This document shows, in pieces, positions 51,341 through 62,026 of a stretch of 64,000 nucleotides of DNA (position 1 is its first letter; the number at the start of each line of letters is the position of its first letter). The notes under the pieces were generated by a model that searched no databases, had not been told where the DNA came from, and was given only the letters and a program-made list of their open reading frames with translations. The position numbers were made by a program, and so were the translations under genes. Origin of the DNA: Vicugna vicugna (lineage: Eukaryota); contig MU057724.1 in assembly GCA_013265495.1 (NCBI GenBank), positions 1,751,102-1,815,101 of the forward strand, read 5' to 3'.

Positions 51341-52810
51341 AGCTGGCATGTGTGTTTCCTGAGAGGCAGGATTTCATGCCGCCACGTGCAGACTACACTG
51401 TTTTCTGTAAGAGACAAGGGGATGTGTTAGGAGTTTTGACGTGTGATTTTGCAGGGAGTATTTTTTTACCTAATCCAAAACTGTTGCCAAACGTCAGGTT
51501 CATTGAGGCGCGTAACATCGCTAGAACGCTAGTCAGAATCCTGGCTGTTTGATGCACATGAAATGGGGGGGGGTGACGCCCCGTGAGAGTGAACTAGAGA
51601 GGTGGAGAAGCGACATCTGTTTCCAGGGCCTTCCGGCCTCGGATCTCGTCCAGGTGAGACCGCAGCGCTACACCGCGCTGGAAGGCTGGCGTCGAGTGTT
51701 TCCCTCCTGGCCCCACTTTGTCTGCGGAGAGCCAGAGAGGGTGTGGGAGATAAGGCAGGCTGGCCCCTGACCAGGTGTGAGCCATTGACAGTCCGTGCTG
51801 CACTGAGTCGACAAGCCCCTCCCCAGCCAAGGAACAAAGATGCCCACGCGATGCTCTGCGGGGCCGTCCCCGTGCCTGACGCGAGCTGGCGCTGGGGCTC
51901 TGCGCGGCTCTCAGGCCTGGCTCTCCTTTTATTTTCTTTGTTAGATGCTGCCTCGTGAAGGTGACTTTAAACTCTGGTGGCCTCACGTCCCGCTTTGCCT
52001 GGGGCTGTCCTAGTCACACCCGATGGACTTGTGGCATTGTTCACATCGCTCCCCTTCCCCTGAAAGTGTCTAGGCTGTGCAATAAATCACATGGCGATGC
52101 TACTTACACTGCGGCCCAAAGTCTCCTTAAGTGCTTGGTGGCAACAGCACAGCCAGAATTTGTCACAGTAGCACTGCTTGGGTGAAACAGTGTTTCAAAA
52201 CCCCAGTGTTCTTTCCCTAACAGTGAAGTCCTGTGCCCAAGGTGCCTGGAAATTCAAACAGCATGGCCATCGTCCGGGATGAGTGCTTAGGAACATGGAA
52301 TACGCACCGGAGGGAAAAATCTCCTCTAATGCCCTGGCTCCCACACCTGGGACAGGGAGCAGGGAGCAGACACTTGACTAGAGCCTCTTCTGGGTGAAGC
52401 CCAGAGTCCCCTGCAGCTGGCTTCACTTTTTTGCCTGCTTCCTCCTGGTCAGCTGTGGTCTAGACCTCCCTGCATGGACTGTAAGCCCCCAAGGCAGGAC
52501 CTCGCCTCCCCAGTGGGATACGCTGTTGACGCATCCAGCCTCATTAGCGGCTCTCAGTCTCCAGCATGACCTGTGTTCACAAACACACTTTCTATTGTCT
52601 TGTTAATTTTTGTAGAGGAAAAAAATTAAGTTTTAAAAGTTCTATGAAAATGACCGAAGTATCTTCCAGTGTTTTAAGGTATGGCACAAGTAATTAAAGG
52701 TTCTCCAAAGACTGGATTTCATTGGCTGGAAGATACAGTCAGTTGTAAGACGAAGCCTCATTGTGTGTGCTAGTAAGGACCGAAGAACGACTGGAAAATT
52801 AAATAATGCC

Positions 52811-52990
52811 GGGGGTGGGTCTCACTCAGTGGTAGAGTGTGTGCTTAGCATGCACGAGGTGCTGGGTTCAATCCCCAGTCCCTCCCTTAACAAATAGATA
52901 AATAAAGCTGATTAGCTCCCCTCCAAAAAAACCCACACAAAACAAAACAACAAAAAAGGTTAAAAAAAAAGCCTAAAATAAACAAACAAA
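52811..52990 (+). mobile_element. tRNA-Ala-derived SINE (Vic-1-like) with TSD
   Basis: A box ctcagtggtagag, B box gggttcaatccc, A-rich tail. TSD taaataatgcc (52800-52810) / taaataatggc (52991-53001). Confidence 0.87.
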
Positions 52991-53112
52991 TAAATAATGG
53001 CAGACCCTTCTAATTAAACAGAGATGTTAGCATGGGAACACTGTGTGTCTTAGAATGAATGAAACATAGTATATCGGAAATTACAGGGTTTGGAAATTTG
53101 AAAAAAAGTTCA

Positions 53113-53240
53113 TCTTTTTTCTTTTTTTAACCTTTTGGGGGGGGTTAGTTTTGTTTATTTATTTTAATGGAGGTGCTGGGGATTGAACCCAAGACCTTGT
53201 GCATGCCGGCACGTGCTCTACCACTGAGTTATACCTTCCC
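53113..53240 (-). mobile_element. tRNA-Ala-derived SINE (Vic-1-like), inverted relative to its neighbour
   Basis: Reverse complement reads gggaaggtataactcagtggtagagcacgtgccggcatgcacaaggtcttgggttcaatccccagcacctccattaaaataaataaac. Confidence 0.87.
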
Positions 53241-53630
53241 TCTCTTTTTTTCTGATTTTACAAAATCATTTCATTTTTTTTTTTAAAAAAGGTAAGTTCA
53301 ACAGTTTGCAGACTTATGGAGTGCTCAGAGCTCAGGCAGCGTCCTGTCCCAGACCACACACTCATTAGTGTTCTGTCCTCATCCCTACCCTTGTAATATG
53401 CTTGCAAAGAATTATTATCTTGCTCCTCATGACATGATATTATTTTATTCTTATTTTCCCTCTCAGCCCTGAGCTAATCTTGTGGGTGAGTATTAAAACG
53501 GACTTGAAATGTACAAATTATTTCTGGATAAACCTCAGCAATAAGAGTATCTAAACTATATGAATGCATTATTCTTGTAAGCTCTTTAGGTTCATGACCC
53601 TGATTTTCTTGAAGGTACTCCTCCCTTAAT

Positions 53631-53778
53631 TCTGTGGTTCTCAGATTTTAGGGTGACCAAGAATCACCAGAGGAACTTGGTTGGAAAAAAAAAAAAAGCA
53701 AGTTCTGAAGCAGTGGGTCTGCTGGATCCTGGAAATACCTATCTCAACAAGCCTTCTAGGCACCTGAGGACCACCATT
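53631..53778. mobile_element. MER5-like hAT-Charlie MITE fossil
   Basis: Termini ctgtggttctca ... tgaggaccacca with internal agaatcacc..aggaactt and cagtgggtctg. Confidence 0.5.
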
Positions 53779-54243
53779 TGGGAAACTCCACCGAACGGCA
53801 GAAATCACCTCCAGGCCCAGCTGGTGCAAGATAGGCAGGGGCATCTTTAGGGGCACAGGGGACGTGGTTCCCCAAAGTCTGAGGACTGCTCTTAAGGTCT
53901 CCTCTGAGCACGTTTGCCCTCACATTCAAGTTTGGTCCAGATGTTTGTGGACCCCGAGTTAGAGAGCTTGGAACAGTGTAGGCTTGTAAAAGCATTAACA
54001 TCCCTCTGGTCCTAAGAAGAGTCAGAGCGTCCTGTCTTGACGTTACTTTTAAGCTCAAAAGCAGTCAGACTATCCAGAAAGAGGGCGGGAAAGAAGAATT
54101 AAATTGCAGAATTGATCTGATTAATTAAATGACTTAAAATCCAGTCAAGCACCAATGTCTGTCTAACATATCCAATAGAGTCCTTTTTAAAAAGTACTAT
54201 ATATTTTCAAAAAGCAGTTATATTAAGTAGAGGCAATGACTTA

Positions 54244-54271
54244 TGTGTGTGTGTGTGTGTGTATGTGTGTG
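54244..54271. repeat. (TG)n microsatellite
   Basis: tgtgtgtgtgtgtgtgtgtatgtgtgtg. Confidence 0.9.
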
Positions 54272-54483
54272 CAAAGTACCCTGCAGAACTGGCCAAGCTT
54301 GATCTGAGAACAATCTAGAGAGTAGGGAAAAAATTGTTCATTTTATAATATAAATTAGGTTTTTAACCTGTGTGCAATTGTCAAAAAGCTATCTGGAAGA
54401 AGCAATCAAATCTCACCAATTATTTTTCCAACTCTAAAGCAATTTTATCCCTAAAATAAAGTAAAAGCAAAACCGTGTCTTAC

Positions 54484-55275
54484 GTTTATTGTTAAAGACT
54501 TGTCTTCCGCCCACGTCGATGACTTTGGTTTGCCTCCTTTCCCCGGAGAGGTGCTCCAGGAGAAACCTGTCCAGCTCCTTGTAGGTGTGATGGAAAACGC
54601 AGCCTCGCTCGGCCTGCAGGGCGATGGCGTGTTCCAGCAAACTCAAGTTCCCCTTCGCTTTCTCCAGGTCCACAGCCTCCCCCGGCCCCGCTGCCAGGCA
54701 CCCGAGGTCCTCGCCCTCCCTCCCGGGGAACGAGGGCTGGGCTCTGCCCTCCGTCGGGTCCACCTGAGCATCCTCCAGGTCTCTCCTTTCTGCCGCCGAA
54801 TCACACGCGTTTTCACAAGAGAGAAATTCGTCACCTTCCGTCTTTATTTCGGGGGCTTCCAAGAGGTCTTTCCGATCATCCTCTAATGCATACTTTGGGA
54901 CTCTCTGAGGTTTGGTTTCGTCTGAGAAGTTGGAGCCACTGTCCCAGCCGTTCTCCGCACTTTCACAGTTACTTTCGTTGTCGGAGGAGGAGCAGAACCG
55001 CAGCCGGGAGTCCTCGGTTTTGTCTCCTCCGTCGTCGGAATGAATCATAAAGCACTCGTCGGCTTCATCACCCTCGGCGCGTAGAGACTGGATGCCGCTG
55101 TCATTTAAGTTTTCACTTGCCGTCTGCACGGATGCATTTTTCTCAAATTTCCCCAAGTGCATCAAAGATTTGACCACGAGCTCTCGGTAACAGTCGTAGG
55201 TGTCTTCCTTCCCCTCGGAGTTTTCCTGTGCAGCTGAGTGAAGTGTCTCACCCACAGGTTTTATCACGATCTCTT
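54484..55275 (-). CDS. ST18: ST18 large acidic exon, 792 nt, phase 1-1: EIVIKPVGE...DLEKAKGNLSLLEHAIALQAERG...RQVFNNK
   Basis: Acceptor tttttctacag|AA, donor AAAC|gtaaga. Lies in ORF 54434..55267; KGNLSLLExAIAL is conserved in the MYT1 family. Confidence 0.96.
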
Positions 55276-58149
55276 CTGTAGAAAAAGAAAGCCAATATTT
55301 GAAAAACGAAAAAAAAATACTTGAAGGAAATTACACTGATAGGTGAATATACGTACAGACACATACATGTGTAATATGTGAATATGGGGGCTCCATCAAT
55401 TTCATAAACATTGGGTAGAAAAACACATACCCGCTTAAAACAAAACTTAGGCCTTAATGTTCTAAGAATTGCCTTTATACAGCAACGAGCTGTTCGAATT
55501 ATGTAAAAGCTAAGTGCTGCTGGCTGCTGAAATGAATACTCGACTGTAACAGGTTCTGAATGTGAAGTGACTGCTCCTGTCTCTCTCACATTTGCACATC
55601 TCAGCCAATACACATCATGCTGTACGTGATGAAAGAAGTATTCACGGGACTTCTCTGCCAGCACAGCAGATATATTGTCCAAGAGTCTTTGGTTTATTTT
55701 CTCTGCCTCCTTAGTGTCTCAAACGCACTTTCAGATTTTTATGGACCGTTTGCTAAAACACAGGACACGTCTACATAGGAACGGTTACTAAAAGAAGCCT
55801 GGAGTTTTCAAGGCTTCCTGATCACTTGCATAAGTGTCGCAGGAGAGCTGCACGCCGAGGGAAGCACAGGTAAGTGGGAGAGTCGACATGATCCACAGTG
55901 TCTCAAATCAGCACCTCTCTGGTACCTGCGAGCATTTGTGTGAAGAGGAAACGAGGCGGGCGGGGGGGTGGCTGGGGGATGTCGAATGTTAGCTCGTTGT
56001 TCTCAGGTCAGGGCCGATTGTGTCTTGATGGTCCAAGAAGGTCTGTGGCTGAGAGACTGAGAACAGGCCCCAAGTGCCAGTCTGTCCACTGGATGTCCAC
56101 TGTCCCAGACTTGCCCCTCCCCTCTCGGCAGGGGCCCAGGAGGGGTGACAGACGTACATGTGTGTGGTCAGCCTCCCCAAGCCCGTCTCGGTGCAGACAC
56201 ACCAGCAAACAGAGCTGCAGGTTCACTGGCGCCCTCGCCCCCCACCCAGCACACGGGGTGGTCCAGGGAGCCCATGCCCAGTGCACGCCTGGCTGCGAAA
56301 GGCACCGGACAAGCCGGCAGTGGTGCCTGACATTCACCAAGACCAAAAAAATAAAATAAAATAAAATAAAAAGAAAGAAAGAAAGGAAAAAAAAAGCAGG
56401 ACCATTTCTGTGTCTCCAAAGGCAGGGTGGGGGATGGGAAACACAGAATAATGAGCCCCTGGAAGACTGCTGCAGACCCCAGGTGGAGAGCACCCTGCGT
56501 TCGTCAGCATCTCGGGAGGGAAGGCAGCACGGCCGTCCCAGGGAAGGGCTGCGGGAGGGGGTGTCTGTGCAGAAGACAATCTGCCTCTTTTTCTTCTTTT
56601 TTTTGGTCTCATTTAATTTTTTACAAACATTGTCTCTGACAAGGACACGCAAAAATACATCTCCATCATCTTCCTTTCTGGTAATTATCTCCCTAAATCG
56701 ACACTGGACGGCCACGATCAAGTAAATATTGCCATAGTAACTAAAAGCATTTTTGGATGAAGGGAAGAATTCAGTCACAACACCAGCCCCTTTAAATAAT
56801 GCTGATTATAGGGTGAAGTCTTTTGTTGGGATCGATTCAACATAAACTGAAAAATTTAACATTTTACTTCCTAGAAAAGAGGCTGGCACACCAAGCACAT
56901 AATGTTTGACAGGACAGGCTATCCTCTCCTGAATTCATATCAGAGCGACTCCAGGCTTAAATAATATATTGAACAGTGTCTAAAATGCAAATGAAGTTTT
57001 TCTCAACGTCGCGGTTGGCTATTAAGAGAAAGTGTAAAGGGTTATGACAATTTTAAAGTATTATGAACTAGAGAAAACAAATAAAAAGCATTTTCAGTGA
57101 ATATGCTCAATTCATTGAACTATTCTCTCACTGCACTTAACTACCCGCATGTGTACAATAATGATTTATAGACATTATACCTAATTATGCATATTTGGGC
57201 TGTGCGGGAGTGCTAACAAAAGCTCTGAAAGCAACAATTACCTCTGTTGCTTAGCTACATAGTTTAAAATATTCCTATTAAGTGCAGATCTCCAGAGAGG
57301 CGGGAGTGACAGGGACGCACGTGTGCCCGGCAACGCCCGTCCCTGTGCCGCTGCCAACGTGAGCCCTGCGGGTCACTCCCAGTTTACAGAATTGTTTGAT
57401 TCAACTGTTGGTTATATGCTGAAAGAAAACATTTATTCATTATTCTTCAGCAAGAGAGGAGCCCGGCGGGGAGAGGTGCCCGCGTGCCTCGCCCGCGGGC
57501 TTCCGGGGATGTCCCGCAAGCCTGCGGGCCGCCCGCCCGAGTGCCGCCCCCTCCGCTTCCACTGCAGTCATGCCGGAAGGAGCAGCGGGCCAGCTCCTGA
57601 GGCTGACAGATCTGTGGCCGGGCGGGGAGGGGGGCTCGGCTCCCCCAGCTGCGGGTTTTTATCTTCCAGGGTGATCGATGTGCTTTAGCCACCGAAATAA
57701 CCCGTGGAGCCCTGCCTTGGGGGCCTCGGGCTGGCTGTGGGCCTGGCACGCGTCTCGGTGCGTCCCAACAGGGGCTTTTCCCTTGTCTGGGCCCAGCACC
57801 CTCATCCTCCCTGGAGAGCGGGTGACACCCTCCCCAGATACTACTGGGACCTTAGTGATGGCAGAGGAGACCTGCGACCTTCCATATAAGTGAGGTGGGG
57901 CCTGGCTTTTATTCAGAGTAAGTGGTGACACCCCCCCACAAGGAGGAAGTGCTCAGGCCAGGGTGTGGAGAAGGCCCAGCCCAGCTCACCACACACGCGA
58001 CACGTGCTACCAACCGCCTAGGGAACGGAGGGTTAGCGCACGGTGTGGTCCTAGGTGTGAGGTCCGGAGACGGGGGTCCTGCAGCCAGCCCAGCACCACC
58101 TGCCTCCTGAGCCTCAGGGTGAGCCAATGACATCTCAAGACAATAAACT

Positions 58150-58342
58150 AGTACGTTCCTGGCATGGTGTTCAGTTGTTTATTTCACTTCATCCTCACGA
58201 TAACCACAAGAAAGGTACTTTCTCTTCCATTTTACAGAAGGGAAGCGAGCTAAGGGCTTGTTCAGGTCTACAGAGCTGAGGGCTTGTTCGAGGTCACACA
58301 AGCAGCCAGTGGAGGGGGGTGGCGCTGAGATCCAGACCCAGG
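58150..58342 (-). mobile_element. MIR fragment containing a ~26-bp internal tandem duplication
   Basis: tcatcctcacgataacc...ccattttacagaaggga...cttgttcgaggtcacacaagc; gagctaagggcttgttcaggtctaca is repeated as gagctgagggcttgttcgaggtcaca. Confidence 0.62.
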
Positions 58343-58400
58343 GAGGGGAGCCTAGCATTTCCCCAGGTTCAGATACTTTCAAGAGGGGATTTACAGGGCA

Positions 58401-58490
58401 GGTGGCGGGTTACAGATCAATGGTAGGGTGTGTGCTTAGCAGGTGTGAGCCCTGGGTTCAATCAATTTTAAGGACCCGATTAAAAAAAAA
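58401..58490 (+). mobile_element. Degenerate Vic-1-like SINE
   Basis: tcaatggtagggtgtgtgcttagcaggtgtgagccctgggttcaatc...aaaaaaaaa. Confidence 0.65.
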
Positions 58491-60333
58491 GAGCGTATTT
58501 ATAGGAAAACACTAGAATACACTTGTCAGCTAACTTCTAACAAAAAACAATGATCCCTAAGTTATAAATGAAAATACATAAAAACAAACATCACAACAAA
58601 ACCAAAACTAACAAATCAAAGCATCAGCTTTCTCAGCAACACAACAAGGGTTGGAAAACTCCTGGGTGCACCTGGGGCATCGCAGGGCCGGACCGGCACG
58701 GAGATGGCCCTTCTCCCTGAGTGCAGCTCACAGTGCGGGGAGGGGGAAGGGGCTGGCCCTGGGGCAACGTTTTTCGCCTGACATGTAAAAGTTCACACTT
58801 GTTAATTTGCTTTAAACCAAAGTCCCTCCTGTGAGGTGTCTGGTCACCTGAAGGTGCGTCTTAGTGATTCTGTCCGTGTGTTAGCTGTTCTGCAGCGAAA
58901 CAGCTTAGACAAGAGAAATCCTCTGAAACTCACAACACGTTTTGAGCTCAATTCCTTCAGTACAACTAGATTTTTACTATACTTGGATTTTAGTTCTTTT
59001 TTTGTAACTATTCTAGTTGCTTTTAGGGTAAAGTAGCTTTCCAGACCCCCGGGTGTGTACATTTGCTGGGAGTAAAAGCTCTAAAAACACGAGCTCATCT
59101 CTCAGAATTTCCCAGTTGGAGTGGCTTAGCGTCTCTCTGCTGTTTGCTGAGAGGTGATATGTCAGGAGTGCCGTCCCAGCTGCTGGAGCTCCCGCGACGG
59201 GGCAGGTTTCCGGGAGTCACGGGCTCACGGCCTGGGAAGGCCCCCGTGTGGCGCTGGCCCCCGCCCCCTCGTCTGCGCTGGGAAACACGGGCTCATCCCG
59301 CCTCCTGACTCCACCTGGCAGGCCCACCTCCTGCTAGCCCCAGGGAGGAAGGGGCACCGCGTGGTTCTGCCCACGTTCTCTTCTATCAACCATCCTTCCT
59401 GCCCACTTGGAGGTCTTGGAAAGAGCCAGCGGGGGGTACGGGGCGGAGTTTCCCACTGAAGGGTTCTAAGCTCATGCCTTTAGCCTTCACAAGCTACGCC
59501 CTCTCCCATCACCTGAACTGCTCACTGAGGACCCAGTCGGGCACACACACCTGGGCAGGTGAAGGCCCTGGGTGCCCGGAGGAAATGAGATGGCAGATGC
59601 AAACCCTTACGCTGGGCTTGGGCGCAAACTCAGCTCTCTTTCCTTTGGGCAGAGGGGTAGATAACTCGCTCAGAGGGCCGAAGACAACTGAGTTTGCTCT
59701 TTCGACCGGGGGCAGGAGCATCTGTGACCTGTCGTTTCTGGAAATCGGACTCTGTGACCTGATCTTGCGGGAACTCTGCCCAGCCTGCCTCCCGAAGGTA
59801 GTCAGAGCGTGGGGAGGACTGGATTGTGGAGCCTGAGAGCTGGGCAAGCATTATTTTGCTCGTCCATCGATTGCTTCTTAAATGTCTTCTTCCCATACCT
59901 ACAAGCTGCATCAGCTTCAGCACTGAATCCTTTCGTCCTCGGTGGTCTCATCTGTACAACTGTGACCATAATTATACACCCCACGTCACTGTGGGGCAGA
60001 TTCAGTGATATAGTCCATGTGCTTGGAATATATTAAGAATTCGGAAATCATGGCCATGATTCTGTAATTTGAGCACATTTGTTATTAGCAATAGTGGTTC
60101 TAACATCAAATATAAAAGGAGTCAACATTTGTGAAGCCACACAGAGACGCCCATCAGTGCTTATAAGCGAATACCTGACTGGGAACCCTTGACAGTGTAC
60201 TTTCCTGGCTACATCTACACTGACCGTCCAGCTACAACAGAAGGTGGGGAGCCAGTGGGTGGTTGCAGATACAGCCCTCGTCCTCACGGCATTTGCAAAG
60301 CGGGTGCTGGTTTAAAGATGCCCATTTTCTGTT

Positions 60334-60436
60334 GGGGAGGGCAGAGCTCAGTGGGTTCAGTCCCCAGGACCTCCATTAAAAAAATTTAAAAAATCCTTAA
60401 GTTTCCCCCCTCAAAAAACCCCTAAACAAACAAAAA
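60334..60436 (+). mobile_element. Internally deleted Vic-1-like SINE
   Basis: ggggagggcagagctcagtg/ggttcagtccccaggacctccattaaaaaaa: A box fused to B box with the anticodon arm lost. Confidence 0.65.
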
Positions 60437-61146
60437 CGCTCATTTTCTTAAATGCTTGGCGAATTAACCCTGAGATAAGTTACGCCTCACATCTCACCAC
60501 ACTGATTCAAAGACTTTCCCTTAATGCTAGATTCAACCTGTAATTTTCCTGAATCACCACCAACAAGAAACGGACCAGCTCAAGGAAACAGACAAAAAAG
60601 TCAAGGATGATTATAATTTACAGGTGAGCAGGGAGGTCTTAAGCCATATGTTAAATGCAGAAAAGTCAGAAGATTTACTCAAACGCTAGCAAATCGGCAC
60701 GTAACTGTGTTTTAACCACAGAACTTTAGGCTACTTGCAAGTCGAGATTGCTGGAAATCTGGTGATTGTGATCAGAGATCTGTGCCCACTCAGACAGCAG
60801 CCTTCCCCTCTTTTCTTTAACACCTATTGATGTCAGTACAGTTCCATACGCAACAGACATGTGTGATCTGAGAATCTTGTTGCCTTTGTATAATTTATGC
60901 TTCTTTTCAAATAACAACTTATTTTGTCTATTTTGACTTCTTAAAAACTCACATTCAGAAAAAACGGGTACGTAACAGAACATACATACATCTACTTTCA
61001 TTTTCTAGTAAGCCACACTTTAGACTTCCATGTATTCTTTTAAATAAACTTTTAAGGTACTTCTCATATGCCCTTTGAGTCCGGCCTCGTGCCCAGTGTG
61101 GGGCGCCTGTGGCTACCAGGGACTGATCCCAAAATCTCAAAATAGA

Positions 61147-61357
61147 ACCAGGAGTGTAGGATTCAGAGACACAAACGACTATGCGTAAAGTAGGTGAGCA
61201 CCCAGGATGTGCTGTGCAGCACAGGGAGTTACGGCCATTACACTGTAATGGCTTTAATGGAGTTTTACCTGCAGGAACACTGAATCACTACGCTGTACAC
61301 CCGAAACTAACATAATCTTGTAAATACATGGCAGTTAAAAAGTAAACAAAACAAAAT
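61147..61357 (+). mobile_element. Short 5'-truncated L1 3' end with probable 16-bp TSD
   Basis: cagcacagggag...ctgaatcacta.gctgtacacc.gaaactaacataat plus A-rich tail. Flanks aaaatctcaaaataga (61131-61146) / aaaatttcgaaataga (61358-61373). Confidence 0.78.
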
Positions 61358-61826
61358 AAAATTTCGAAATAGAGTCTCACAGGTCCTGTCATAAATGTCT
61401 CAAAGTGTGTTTTGCGGGTTGTTCTCAGGGCCGAGACGCCGGCCCACCAGGGGGTCGAGGCCACCTGACTCTGAGGCCTGGTCGCTTGTATTTCCTTCAG
61501 AAACAGGCACAGCCCAATCCTGTGCCCCTGGAAAGGGCTTCAGGGCGAGGATGCTCTGCAGCTTACAGCTACACTCTCCAGGGACGGAGGGACAACCGGT
61601 CCTCCCTGGGTGGGTGCTGAGGGACGTGAATGTTTGGTTTTGCTTCCTAATTGCAACATGCTGGAGGGAGGATACAGCTCAAACTACCTCCCCCCCAAAG
61701 ACCCAAAACCCAAACCCAAACCAAATCTAATTGCAACGTGCTTTTCCCACCACACAAATGGCGGGTTTTCTGCAAGGTAAGGTGGTACCCGGGGTGTGTG
61801 AAGTTGGGCCCACTCGCCCTTGGTAC

Positions 61827-62026
61827 CTGCACTGGGGGGGTGCTTGGTCTCCTGGGGGCCGTCCTGCCCCTCCGCCTCCGGCCGCTCGGCATGGCCCTCC
61901 TCACAGTCCACGCTGGGGCAGTAGTGTCGGGGCTTCATGAGCAGGGACTTCCTCTTGTTGACCGGGACCCCCAGCGCCGGCTCTCCAGCCCTCCTCTTCT
62001 TGGCTGGGGAGCCATCGTAGGCAGCG
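61827..62026 (-). CDS. ST18: ST18 coding exon (first in window), 200 nt, phase 2-1: (S)AAYDGSPAKKRRAGEPALGVPVNKRKSLLMKPRHY...KHPPSA(E)
   Basis: Acceptor ccactgcag|C, donor GCAG|gtacca. GVPVNKRKSLLMKPRHY is the ST18 N-terminal motif. Confidence 0.93.

Noticed and set aside
56008..56778. 256-aa minus-strand ORF
   Set aside because: Runs through (AAAAT)n/(AAAG)n simple repeats giving low-complexity F/L tracts; non-ATG start; no homology recognised.
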